Assembly: GCA_963826535.1 (NCBI GenBank) | Contig: CAWGXL010000011.1 | Span: 728,581-792,580 of the forward strand | Direction of reading: 5' to 3' | DNA: 64,000 nucleotides | Origin: an uncultured bacterium | GTDB lineage: Bacteria; Patescibacteriota; Microgenomatia; Levybacterales; UBA12049 | Shown: piece after piece, positions 47,674 to 57,386 of the stretch | How positions within the stretch are numbered: the first letter of the stretch is position 1 | Layout: each line of letters begins with the position of its first letter | The notes under the pieces: generated by a model | Database searches by the model: none | The model's input: only the letters and a program-made list of their open reading frames with translations | Told to the model about the DNA's origin: nothing | Program-made: the position numbers and the translations under genes

Positions 47674-48576
47674 ATGACATTTTTGGAAAAATACGAGCTT
47701 CTGAAAAAATCTATTCCTGTTCCGGCTGTGGCAAATGATGCGCAGTCGGTTGGTTGTGATTACTCGGATGGGATGATTGCTAGCAAAAACTGCTTCTTTT
47801 GTGAAGGAACTTTTCAGGAAGATTGCATTTATGCTTTTTATTCAGCTCATGCAAAAAGATTGGTAGATTGTCTTCAAACATCCCAATCGGAAAGATGTTA
47901 TGAATGTGTTAGTTGCTTGAAGTGTCATAGTTGTATTTATCTTATAGATTGCAATAATAATACAGACTGTCATTTTTCCGCTTTATTAAACTCCTGTAAC
48001 GATTGCTTCGGGTGTGTAGGTTTAACACATAAAAAATATTGCATTTTTAACAAACAGTATAATAAGGAAGAATACCTGAAAAAAGTTGAAGAGTTAAAAA
48101 AAGAAAAGCCCGAACAATTACTGGCTCAATTGCTTAAACTAAAACAGCAGATTCCGCATCCGGCAAGTCAGCAGTTCAATTGTGATAATTGTCCTTACGG
48201 TGATCATATCTGGGACTCCAAGAATTGTTATTGGTGTTTTAATAGTTTACTTAATGAAAACTCGGGATATACGTTTAATACAACCGGGCTCTTAAATTGC
48301 TGGGATATGCATTGAGGAGGAAAAACCAGCGGACCTAAAAGCGAGCGATGTTATGAGATGACTAATTCTCTTCTTAACTATGAGTGTGCATTTCTAAGCC
48401 ATAGCGAAAACTGTACGAAATCCTGCTATGGCGCATGGCTTACTAATTGTACAGACTGCTTTGGTTGTATTGGGTTGAAAAACAAAAAATACTGTATTTT
48501 AAATAATCAGCTTACAAAAGATCAATATGAAATAGCGGTAAGAGAGGTTAAAAAAGAACTTGGGTGGACCTCTTGA
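47674..48576 (+). pseudogene. Cys-rich paralog 1, interrupted by in-frame TGA at 48313-48315
   Basis: Both halves are in the same frame; the read-through product would be 300 aa like its paralogs. Confidence 0.8.
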
Positions 48577-48580
48577 AATT

Positions 48581-49489
48581 ATGACCTTTCTTGAAAAATA
48601 TGAGTTTCTGAAGAAATCTGTTCCTGTTAAGGCTTTACGGAATATTGAACCTGAAGGATGTGAATATAGTGAATTTTTGGATTACTGTAAAAATTGCATT
48701 TACTGTTTCGAGTCAGCAAAGTTAATAGATAGTTTGTATACAGTACTTGGCATTTGGGGAACAAAACTTGTAGATTGTACTTCAGTAACAGAATCAGAGA
48801 AATCTTATTATTGTATTGATTCTAATAAATGCTACAACAGCACATATTTAATGGACTGCAATAATTGTACTGACTGCCATTTTTCAGCATTTTTAAACAA
48901 TTGTACAGATTGCTTCAGATGCGTCGCCATTACTCATAAAAAATATTGTATTTTCAACAAACAGTACACAAAACAAGAATATTTTAAAAAAATTGAAGAA
49001 TTAAAAAAAGAGAATCCTGAAAAGTTACTCAATAAAATGATTGATTTAAAAAAACAGATACCTCATCCGGCAAGCCAACAATTCAGCAGTGAGAATTGCC
49101 TGTACGGGAATTACATATATAATTCTAAAAACAGTTACTGGTGTTTTAATAGTTATTACATTGAAAATTCAGGCTATAATTTCATCAGCGGAAATGTTAA
49201 GAATTCTTGGGATTTATATTTTTCCGGAAGCTCTGACAAGTCTGTTGTGACTGAGCGCGGTTATGAATTATATGCTTCCGGCAGGACGATTTATAATTGC
49301 GCATTCTTATCTGACAGTATTTATTGCACTGATTCTTTTTATAGTGATAATCTTATAAATTGCTCCTACTGCTTTGGGTGTGTGGGACTAAAAGGTAAAA
49401 AATACTGCATCCTCAATAATCAACTCACAAAAGACCAATATGATAAAGCTGTGAAAGAGATCAGAAAAGAGCTTGGGTGGAAATATTAG
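48581..49489 (+). CDS. Cys-rich paralog 2
   Basis: MTFLEKYE start; duplicated CFxCV...KKYCIxN module. Confidence 0.85.
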   Translation: MTFLEKYEFLKKSVPVKALRNIEPEGCEYSEFLDYCKNCIYCFESAKLIDSLYTVLGIWGTKLVDCTSVTESEKSYYCIDSNKCYNSTYLMDCNNCTDCHFSAFLNNCTDCFRCVAITHKKYCIFNKQYTKQEYFKKIEELKKENPEKLLNKMIDLKKQIPHPASQQFSSENCLYGNYIYNSKNSYWCFNSYYIENSGYNFISGNVKNSWDLYFSGSSDKSVVTERGYELYASGRTIYNCAFLSDSIYCTDSFYSDNLINCSYCFGCVGLKGKKYCILNNQLTKDQYDKAVKEIRKELGWKY

Positions 49490-49524
49490 TTGTAGTAAAA
49501 ATATTTATTTGGTAGAATGTCCTC

Positions 49525-49800
49525 ATGTCAATATCATTTCCAATTACTATTAAAATTATTTATGAACCTGAAGCAGTTGATGCGCCGTATGTAGCTTATA
49601 TTCCTGAATTTGATATTTCCTCTTGTGGGAAAACAGAAGAAGAGGCAAAAAAACACGCAAGGGAAGTTCTTGAAATTACGCTTGAAGAAGTAGAAAAAAA
49701 ACATAAACTTGAAGAATTTCTCAAGCAAGCCGGAATTTCTATTAAAAATTCAGGCTCATTTCCTAAAATAAGCTTTGAACCTTTTATATTTCACTCTTAA
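49525..49800 (+). CDS. hicB: HicB-like antitoxin (short)
   Basis: YVAYIPEFDISSCGKTEEEAKK motif. Confidence 0.82.
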   Translation: MSISFPITIKIIYEPEAVDAPYVAYIPEFDISSCGKTEEEAKKHAREVLEITLEEVEKKHKLEEFLKQAGISIKNSGSFPKISFEPFIFHS

Positions 49801-50030
49801 TGCCCGCAATTAAACCGATTAATTACAGAAAACTTAGAAAAGTATTTGAAAAATTTGGCTGGAAATATGATCGGACAAAAGGTGACCATCTAATTTTTAT
49901 TAAAAAAGGCTATCTTAGGCCAGTAGTCATTCCCACATATAAAACAGTTCCGGTTTTTATTATCAAGAACAATTTGCGTACAGCAAATATAACGAATGAG
50001 GAATATTTTGAGATTTTAAAAAATTTATAA
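49800..50030 (+). CDS. hicA: HicA family toxin
   Basis: RTKGDHLIF..G..RPVVIP motif. Confidence 0.88.
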   Translation: MPAIKPINYRKLRKVFEKFGWKYDRTKGDHLIFIKKGYLRPVVIPTYKTVPVFIIKNNLRTANITNEEYFEILKNL

Positions 50031-50037
50031 AATAATT

Positions 50038-50946
50038 ATGACCTTTCTTGAAAAATATGAACTGCTGAAAAAATCTGTTCCTGTTCCGGCGTTGGCACTT
50101 GGGCCTTTTACGGTTGAGACGGTGTACGCTAATTTTGTCTATAGAAGTAAAAATTGTTACTTTTGCTTTGACGGATTCAAGTTGGAAGACAGCATGTATA
50201 CGACGATGGGGGTTTGGGGGAATAAGCTTGTAGATTGTGAAGCAGTTACAGAATCAGAAAAATGTTATAAATGTATAGATAGTAATAAATGTCATAGTTG
50301 TACATACTTAGTAGAAAGTAATGAATGCAGCGATTCCCACTACTGCGCTTTTTTAAATTCATGCACTAATTGTTTCGGTTGCGTTGCTCTCACCCACAAG
50401 AAATATTGTATTTTTAACAAACAGTATACTAAAGTAGAATATTTTAAAAAGGTGGAAGTATTAAATAAGGAAAAACCGGAGAAAATACTTGAGCAAATGT
50501 TTGATCTAAAACAGAAGTTACCTCATCCTGCAAGTCAGCAATTCAATAGCGAAAATAGTCCATATGGCAACTATATTTATAATTCGAAAAACAGCTACTG
50601 GTGTTTTAATAGCTACTATTGTGAAAATTCCGGTTATAATTTTGCAGCTGTAGCAACTAAGAATTGTTGGGATGTGGTTTTTGCTGGTGGAGATCAAGCA
50701 TTAAAAAAAGTTTCTGAGCGATGTTATCAGCTTATGGACTCAATTAATTGTTATGATTGTGCGTATTTACAAAATAGTTCAGAGTCTACGAATTGTTATT
50801 ATGGCGAAATGCTTAGAAATTGTTCAGATTGTTTCGGTTGTGTGGCGTTAACCAATAAAAAATATTGCATCTTGAATATTCAACTCACAAAAAACCAATA
50901 CGAAAAAGCTATTAAAGATATCAAAAAAGAGTTAGGATGGAATTAG
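50038..50946 (+). CDS. Cys-rich paralog 3
   Basis: Same architecture, 302 aa. Confidence 0.85.
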   Translation: MTFLEKYELLKKSVPVPALALGPFTVETVYANFVYRSKNCYFCFDGFKLEDSMYTTMGVWGNKLVDCEAVTESEKCYKCIDSNKCHSCTYLVESNECSDSHYCAFLNSCTNCFGCVALTHKKYCIFNKQYTKVEYFKKVEVLNKEKPEKILEQMFDLKQKLPHPASQQFNSENSPYGNYIYNSKNSYWCFNSYYCENSGYNFAAVATKNCWDVVFAGGDQALKKVSERCYQLMDSINCYDCAYLQNSSESTNCYYGEMLRNCSDCFGCVALTNKKYCILNIQLTKNQYEKAIKDIKKELGWN

Positions 50947-50953
50947 TAGAATT

Positions 50954-51862
50954 ATGACCTTTCTTGAAAAATATGAACTTCTGAAGAAATCTGTTCCGGT
51001 TCCGGCTGTTTTTTCAACTAATTCGTTTGATAGTGAATTTGTTGATACAGTCGTTGACTGTAAGAATTGTTATTATTGTTTCGATACTTACTTTCTTGAA
51101 AATGCTATGTATACAAGTTTTGGAGCATATAATAAAATGCTTGTAGATTGTCATGGAATGGTTAATTCAGAAAAATGTTATGAAAGCTTCGATGGCACAA
51201 AATGCTATAATTCTACCTTCTTAATGGATAGCAATAGTAGTAATGACTGTCATTATTCATCCTATCTCACAACATGCAGCAATTGCTTCGGCTGTGTAGG
51301 TCTGACTCACAAAAAATATTGTATTTTTAATAAGCAATACACAAAGGAAGAATATATTAAGAGAGAAGCGGACTTAAAAAAAGAAGGACCTGAAAAGATG
51401 CTTAAGCAAATGTTTGAATTAAAACAAAAGATACCACATCCTGCAAGTCAGCAATTCAATAGCGAAAATTGTCCATATGGCAATTACATTTTTGATTCAA
51501 AGAATTGTTATTGGGGTTTTTTGGTAAATTATTCTGAAAATTCCGGATATTTATATAATAGTGGTACGATGAAAAATTGTTGGGATATGTTTTTTTCAGG
51601 GGGAAATTTTAACCAAAAATTTTATGCTGAGCGATGTTATGAACAGATGAATACCGGTTTTTGCTACAACTGCGCATTTCTTGCCAGCAGTCAAAACTGT
51701 TCAAATTGTTATTATGGTGAAATGCTTAGAAATTGCTCGGACTGCTTCGGTTGCGTGGGGTTATCAAATAAAAAATATTGTATATTAAATAACCAATTAA
51801 CTAAAGACCAATACGAAAAGGCTGTTAAAGAGATCAGAATAGAGCTTGGGTGGGGGTTTTAA
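50954..51862 (+). CDS. Cys-rich paralog 4
   Basis: Same architecture, 302 aa. Confidence 0.85.
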   Translation: MTFLEKYELLKKSVPVPAVFSTNSFDSEFVDTVVDCKNCYYCFDTYFLENAMYTSFGAYNKMLVDCHGMVNSEKCYESFDGTKCYNSTFLMDSNSSNDCHYSSYLTTCSNCFGCVGLTHKKYCIFNKQYTKEEYIKREADLKKEGPEKMLKQMFELKQKIPHPASQQFNSENCPYGNYIFDSKNCYWGFLVNYSENSGYLYNSGTMKNCWDMFFSGGNFNQKFYAERCYEQMNTGFCYNCAFLASSQNCSNCYYGEMLRNCSDCFGCVGLSNKKYCILNNQLTKDQYEKAVKEIRIELGWGF

Positions 51863-51888
51863 GGATGTACATAGTTTACATGTTGACA

Positions 51889-51912
51889 AAATATACATAA
51901 ATATGTATATTT
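51889..51912. promoter_or_regulatory. Toxin-antitoxin operator palindrome next to TTGACA
   Basis: aaatatacata-aa-tatgtatattt. Confidence 0.65.
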
Positions 51913-51920
51913 GAGCTATT

Positions 51921-52181
51921 ATGACACAGGTAATGAGTATTAAAGATACAAGAGATAAATTGGCAGAAGTGGTAAATCATGTAAGTGCTACAGGTGACGC
52001 TGTGGTGATTACTAAGTTTGGTAAACCCAAAGTCATGATTGTTCCCATATCGGATAAGAAGCAAAGTGTTTCATCTGCGTTAGACGAGAGTTTTGGAATA
52101 TGGAAGGATAGGCGCGATATAGGCGATACCGGCAAGTGGGTCAGAAACTTAAGAGATAAAATGAGTCGAAGACATGAGTAG
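51921..52181 (+). CDS. Phd/YefM antitoxin
   Basis: SIKDTRDKLAEVV...VITKFGKP. Confidence 0.88.
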   Translation: MTQVMSIKDTRDKLAEVVNHVSATGDAVVITKFGKPKVMIVPISDKKQSVSSALDESFGIWKDRRDIGDTGKWVRNLRDKMSRRHE

Positions 52182-52557
52182 ATATTTAGCAGACACTACG
52201 GTACTTATAGATCATCTACGAAGCGATATACAGGCAAAACAGTTTTTAAAAAAACATGCTCCTTATTTATCTACGGTCACAGTAGCAGAACTGATACAAG
52301 GCACTAAAAACAAAAATGAGTTAAATGTTGTATTAAGAGTATGCAAAGCATTTACAGAATTGGAAATAACTAAAAAGATTTCTAATAAGGCTATAAACTT
52401 ATTAGTAGATTTTCATTTGTCTCATGGGTTACGCTTTTTGGATGCTATAATTGCATCGACTGCGATAGAAAACAATTTGATCTTGGTAACGAAGAATATG
52501 AAAGACTTCAGGTTTATAACAGGTCTTAAAATAATATCTCAAAAAGAGATTTTTTAG
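52174..52557 (+). CDS. vapC: VapC PIN-domain toxin
   Basis: YLADTTVLID, EL..G, DAIIAS and TKN.KDF motifs. Confidence 0.92.
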   Translation: MSRYLADTTVLIDHLRSDIQAKQFLKKHAPYLSTVTVAELIQGTKNKNELNVVLRVCKAFTELEITKKISNKAINLLVDFHLSHGLRFLDAIIASTAIENNLILVTKNMKDFRFITGLKIISQKEIF

Positions 52558-52662
52558 ATGTGTGAGTTTTTGTTGGAGAAAGATTTTCAGGTTATTACTA
52601 CGTGAGTTATATCAGATGAAAAGAGTACTACAAACATTTAAAATTATAGTATAATAAGAGGT

Positions 52663-53742
52663 ATGAAAAAATTACTTGTTACTATTACGGAAAAGCCGCA
52701 GGTCTATCCGATTATTATTGGTGAGGATCTTGTCGGGACGATAGATTCGCTTTTTGACTTTGGAAAGTATTCTAAAATCGCTATTATAACCGGCAGTAAT
52801 GTGCCGGAGGAGTGGATGAAGAAGTTGCGGGAGTCGCTTCCTTTTGAGTCACATGTTATCAAAGTTCCCTCGGGCGAGAAGGCGAAGACTATTGATACGG
52901 TTATTAATATCTGGAATCAATTGCAGAAGTTGGGGATGGATCGCAAATCGTTGGTTATCAATTTGGGCGGGGGAGTGATCTGCGATATGGGTGGATTCGC
53001 GGCAAGTACGTATTTGCGGGGTATTGATTTTCTTCATATTCCTACAACGGTTATCGCGCAAGTTGACGCAAGCGTTGGAGGCAAGACCGGAATAAATTTC
53101 AATAATAATAAAAATTATATCGGTGTTTTTCAGCATCCAATTGGCGTGGTAATTGATGTGGATACACTGTCGACGCTTCCAAAGAGGATATACAATCAAG
53201 GATTTGCTGAAATTATTAAGCATGGTCTTATCGCTGACCGAGCATATTTTGAGTTTGTAACTTCGAAAAAACCGCAGGATTTTAATACGTCAGAGCTTAC
53301 GCAAATGCTGGCAAAATCCAATGAGATCAAAACCAGGATAGTTGAGGAGGATCAGAGAGAAAGGGGTATCCGGAAAATTGTAAATTTTGGGCATACTATC
53401 GGGCACGCTATTGAGTCGCTTAGTTTTGAGACAGATACGCCATATCTGCATGGGGAGGCGGTGCACGTGGGTATGCTTGTTGAGACAAAAATTTCCGAAT
53501 TGACTGATTTGCTGCAACCTACGGATGCGGCTCTTATCTACGAGCGTCTTAAGCAAACCGGTCTACCGGTCAGTGTGAGTAAAATTAAAATTGAGGATAT
53601 TATTAAAAAAATTAAATCGGATAAGAAAGCAGTTCGCGGGCAAGTTAATTGGACTTTGCTTAATGCGATTGGGCACGCGATTTATAATCAGAAGGTTGAT
53701 GATAAAATAGTTCAGAAGGCTCTTGCTACTGTGGTTAAATAG
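52663..53742 (+). CDS. aroB: 3-dehydroquinate synthase
   Basis: GGGVICD, PTT..AQVDASVGGK, NFGHTIGHAIE and HGEAV motifs. Confidence 0.95.
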   Translation: MKKLLVTITEKPQVYPIIIGEDLVGTIDSLFDFGKYSKIAIITGSNVPEEWMKKLRESLPFESHVIKVPSGEKAKTIDTVINIWNQLQKLGMDRKSLVINLGGGVICDMGGFAASTYLRGIDFLHIPTTVIAQVDASVGGKTGINFNNNKNYIGVFQHPIGVVIDVDTLSTLPKRIYNQGFAEIIKHGLIADRAYFEFVTSKKPQDFNTSELTQMLAKSNEIKTRIVEEDQRERGIRKIVNFGHTIGHAIESLSFETDTPYLHGEAVHVGMLVETKISELTDLLQPTDAALIYERLKQTGLPVSVSKIKIEDIIKKIKSDKKAVRGQVNWTLLNAIGHAIYNQKVDDKIVQKALATVVK

Positions 53743-53759
53743 AAATATAGATTCAATTT

Positions 53760-54125
53760 ATGTCTAAAGTGTTGATAATTGAGGATGATGAGAGTTTGCG
53801 AGCTGTTTACCGGGAAGAATTTGAAGGAGAAGGATTTACAGTCGAAACCGCGAATGATGGTCAGGAGGGGATTGAAAAGTTGGCTTCATTTCTACCGGAT
53901 GTATTGCTTCTAGATATGCTGATGCCGAAAAAGAGTGGATTTGATGTGTTAAAGCATATGAAAGATAATCCGGAATATAAACATATTTCTACTCTTGTTA
54001 TTACAAATATATATACAGATTCACGAGATCTGGTGCAGAATTGGGGGGTTTCATTTGTTCTACTTAAGGTGGATTATACCCCGGGTCAGATAGTTGCGAA
54101 AGTGAGAGAACTTCTTAAAAACTAA
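53760..54125 (+). CDS. Single-domain response regulator
   Basis: IIEDD, LLDMLMP and conserved K. Confidence 0.92.
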   Translation: MSKVLIIEDDESLRAVYREEFEGEGFTVETANDGQEGIEKLASFLPDVLLLDMLMPKKSGFDVLKHMKDNPEYKHISTLVITNIYTDSRDLVQNWGVSFVLLKVDYTPGQIVAKVRELLKN

Positions 54126-54598
54126 ATTCTTAAAGAATCACCATTTCTTTTTAGCCATGTACGATATTGTCTATAGAGGGGGAACATTTTGCGTACTTTT
54201 TCCCAAAATATTCTTGAATGATTCATTTCTACGAGATGGGCGAGTTCGTGAGATATGACATAGTCGATAACGGGTTGAGGAGCCATGATGAGGCGCCAAT
54301 TGAAGTGTAAGTTTCTTTGGCTGTTGCATGAGCCCCAACGAGTTTCCGCATCTGTGATACTCACAGTATGATATTTTAATCCTGAAGTATTGGAAAAATA
54401 ATTTAATCTTTTTTGGATCATATTACGCGCTTGTTGTTTGTACCAGGCAGTTAGATAGCGCTTGGTGATTGCCATGTTCCTGCTTGTTACATAGAATTTG
54501 TCAGTAAATTCCACGATGCTTTTTGTATTTTGCCGAACTTCAAGCGGATATTTTTTTCCTAAGTACCAGAATTCTGTAGTTTTTTTTGATTTGTCCAT
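54122..54598 (-). CDS. YgjP/SprT-like zinc metallopeptidase (DUF45)
   Basis: RWGSC and YVISHELAHL..NHS..FW motifs. Confidence 0.9.
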   Translation of the reverse strand: MDKSKKTTEFWYLGKKYPLEVRQNTKSIVEFTDKFYVTSRNMAITKRYLTAWYKQQARNMIQKRLNYFSNTSGLKYHTVSITDAETRWGSCNSQRNLHFNWRLIMAPQPVIDYVISHELAHLVEMNHSRIFWEKVRKMFPLYRQYRTWLKRNGDSLRI

Positions 54599-54615
54599 AT
54601 ACGACTTACGCAGTT

Positions 54616-54641
54616 GTCATTCCCGCGAAGGCGGGAATCCA
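54616..54641. repeat. dRS3-like palindrome
   Basis: gtcattcccgcgaaggcgggaatcca. Confidence 0.85.
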
Positions 54642-54755
54642 GAATTTATAAATATTATTTTCCGTACAAATGCGTAGGCTGTCCATGTGGGGTTAAAGAT
54701 CAAAGTTATTTATACTACTGTTTTTTGAGGCTTGTAGTCAAGAGCGTTAAAAAAA

Positions 54756-54795
54756 TTGACAATAAACCTATAGTTGTGATATAAAGCTAATCAAT
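54756..54795 (+). promoter_or_regulatory. Promoter shared with 6201-6238
   Basis: TTGACA-N18-TATAAA; 19-nt identity plus aatcaat. Confidence 0.75.
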
Positions 54796-55473
54796 ATGGT
54801 TGAAAGATTAGCACATCCAAGGAGTGAAGTAGTGGTTTTAATGTGGTCGAGAGTTAGCGAATATATATCTATACCCCACACATCGGAATTGGTTACCGCG
54901 ACATTTCAGTCAATCTGGAAGGAGCGGGAATCTAGAGTTGCTCATTTACTTGAGGAACCATTTAATCCTATTGCGAATTGTGATCGTACCACACAAGAAA
55001 TAGCTAAGTCTGAAAAAGAGGGAAAAAGGCTTGGCTATTTACCACCTGAACTTGCGGCAGGGGAAAACCGTCATATCTTAGCTGCCATGTTCCCTCAAAT
55101 GGAAAGCCGCAGCTGTCAAGAAGGAAATATTGTTACCAACCAATATTTACCCTTCGGGTGGTTTGATTATGAAGCTGCAATAGAAGCTCCTTATCTCGAG
55201 ACAAATGAAGTTGAATTAAGAGAATTGTTTGACAGAGAAGGACGAAAAGGCATAAATCTAACACAATACATTGTAGCTGGGCAGGATAGCAAGCTTTTTA
55301 CTGGAAGAAATCTTGATGAAGTTGGGACATGGGTTCGCCTACTGGGTTCCCGCAAAGGCGGCCGCGTGGTCGATGCCAACTTTAGTCCTTTCAACACCCT
55401 GTACGTGGGCTGGGAGCTTGATCCTCGGTTTCACGATGACGTACTTGGTGGTCGTTCCGTGGGAGTAAAATAA
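54796..55473 (+). CDS. Putative DGR target (CLec-like) protein with VR-like 3' end
   Basis: TWVRLLGSR.GGRVV.A.F...LGGRSVGVK tail; GC-rich 3' end with A-free scaffold codons. Confidence 0.72.
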   Translation: MVERLAHPRSEVVVLMWSRVSEYISIPHTSELVTATFQSIWKERESRVAHLLEEPFNPIANCDRTTQEIAKSEKEGKRLGYLPPELAAGENRHILAAMFPQMESRSCQEGNIVTNQYLPFGWFDYEAAIEAPYLETNEVELRELFDREGRKGINLTQYIVAGQDSKLFTGRNLDEVGTWVRLLGSRKGGRVVDANFSPFNTLYVGWELDPRFHDDVLGGRSVGVK

Positions 55474-55508
55474 ACTAAGTCGATATCCCCTTTATCATTG
55501 TTTTGATC

Positions 55509-55739
55509 TTAGTATTTTCTCATTGAAGAATGGACAATAACCTTTTTTGAAATAACCGATAGATCTGGAATAAACTTTCCGGTACCACAACCAAAATCCA
55601 AAACTATTTTATTTTTTAATTTAGGCCTTAGAAAGCTTACGACCTTTTTAGGAAAATCTTCTGCAAGGCTAAATTGATCATAAATGTCTGATTTAATAGT
55701 AAAAATATTAGAAGTTGCTACAAGTCTATCGTTTATCAT
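55509..55739 (-). pseudogene. Truncated SAM-dependent methyltransferase fragment
   Basis: VLDFGCGTG motif followed by an early stop (76 aa). Confidence 0.65.
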
Positions 55740-55790
55740 AAAAGTTATACCAAATTGTTTAGGATATTATACTACCTCAGTCAAAGAAGA

Positions 55791-56381
55791 TTATTGAGGT
55801 TCCGGGGGGAGGAATTCTTCTCCGCCGCTGTCGTTTGAGGCGGGTTTTTGGGGATATTCGTGGGGTTTGAGCCAGTAGATATAGGGGCATCCTGTTGCTT
55901 TTCTTGCTTTGGAATCCCAGCCGGCGGTGCTGCATTTTTTCATTTTTTTGCCGCTAACAGTCGTGTAGAGGATTAGTTTGCTGCCACACTCTGGGCATTC
56001 TTCGTCAAGCTGTTCCGTCGTGCCGTTTATCCACTCGACATAATCACATCCTACAGTTTTCTTGGTTACTTTGTCCCAACTTCCGGTTGAGCATTTTTTC
56101 ATTTTCTTTCCAAAGCGGGTGACCGCGAGGACTAATTTTGAACCGCATTTGGGACACTTTTCATCTAACTCTTGCGGTTCAACTTCAAGCCACTTTACGT
56201 AGTCACATCCAATAGTTTTTCGCGTTTCCATATCCCAGGATCCAGTGGAGCAGCGTTGTAATTTTCTTCCTGTTTTTGTGAGTGTTATTTCTCCGAGCGG
56301 GCTGCCGCATTTGGGACAGATATCCTTTGATGGGTTCTGGACTGTGTCTTTTGGGATTGTTTTATCGTCGGCTTTTGCCAT
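55791..56381 (-). CDS. Topoisomerase IA-type C4 zinc-ribbon repeat protein
   Basis: Three CPxCGS...CST..WD.....GCxY repeats. Confidence 0.8.
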   Translation of the reverse strand: MAKADDKTIPKDTVQNPSKDICPKCGSPLGEITLTKTGRKLQRCSTGSWDMETRKTIGCDYVKWLEVEPQELDEKCPKCGSKLVLAVTRFGKKMKKCSTGSWDKVTKKTVGCDYVEWINGTTEQLDEECPECGSKLILYTTVSGKKMKKCSTAGWDSKARKATGCPYIYWLKPHEYPQKPASNDSGGEEFLPPEPQ

Positions 56382-56465
56382 GTGTTTTATATTACTGTTT
56401 TTTGAACCTTGAAGTCAAGAGTGCTCTTGCATGTTTGCAACTTTTGATGAATAATTGATATTAAG

Positions 56466-57386
56466 ATGGAAAAACAACAAAATGGAATTGGATTTGGAAT
56501 GCTTTTGGGAGGAATAGGTGCGGGGATTTTTATTATTATGGTTATTTTTTTAGCGTTTAAATACTTCAATGTTAATTCTTTACAAGAAGTACTTTATCCC
56601 GGCTCTTCCCAACCAAGTCAGTCAGCAAAACAAAATACTAGTGATATAGATCCAGCAATAATTATCGCGAAGGTTGGTGCTGAAAATATTTATCAAATAG
56701 ATTTAGATATGGAGATTTCCGGTTATCCAATGCAAATAAATGAAGATATTAAGAAGCTGCTACTGCAAAAAGTTGTAAAAGATTCAATAATTTTGCAAGC
56801 GGCTAATGCTGAAAAATTAATAGATCTTGATGAAAGCGTATTTAATTCACTACAAAAGGATTACATAAAACGGACAAAGCTTGTTGCGGATGCCCGAACA
56901 ATCTATGAAAACAATCAAAATAGTATCAGCGGAAGCGTAATTTCTATCTGGTTTTATAATATGCAACCCGGTGCGGTTGGATATGATAAAGGGAAAGAAA
57001 TAGCATTTAACAAAATCACTACATTACACAGCAACTTAAAAAGTAAAAAGATTACGATACAACAGGCTGCCCAAGTGATAATAGATGACAAATCATTGGC
57101 GCAGGTTGATGAATCGTATGATTCAAACGCGATACTTACTTTTAAAGCAGAACCCAAAGATGAAATTACCTTTGATCCTGTTTTTGACAGTCTAATCCGG
57201 CAGCTAGCGCAAGGTCAAATATCTAATATTTATTTGGCTAAAGATAAAAACAGGGATACAGATAAGATGATAGATGCAGTATATATGTTTGCCCAAGTGA
57301 ATGAGAGAAATACAACCGGAAAGACAATTGATTTTGACATGTGGTACGGACAAAAAGAAAAAAGCTATGAAATTGTTTACTATTAA
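56466..57386 (+). CDS. SurA/PrsA N-domain-like membrane-anchored protein
   Basis: N-terminal TM; IIAKVG.E.I motif. Confidence 0.6.
   Translation: MEKQQNGIGFGMLLGGIGAGIFIIMVIFLAFKYFNVNSLQEVLYPGSSQPSQSAKQNTSDIDPAIIIAKVGAENIYQIDLDMEISGYPMQINEDIKKLLLQKVVKDSIILQAANAEKLIDLDESVFNSLQKDYIKRTKLVADARTIYENNQNSISGSVISIWFYNMQPGAVGYDKGKEIAFNKITTLHSNLKSKKITIQQAAQVIIDDKSLAQVDESYDSNAILTFKAEPKDEITFDPVFDSLIRQLAQGQISNIYLAKDKNRDTDKMIDAVYMFAQVNERNTTGKTIDFDMWYGQKEKSYEIVYY

Noticed and set aside
48313-48360. Selenocysteine recoding or genetic code 25
   Set aside because: No convincing SECIS hairpin after the TGA, the position is not Cys in the paralogs, and TGA terminates several ordinary genes in the window.
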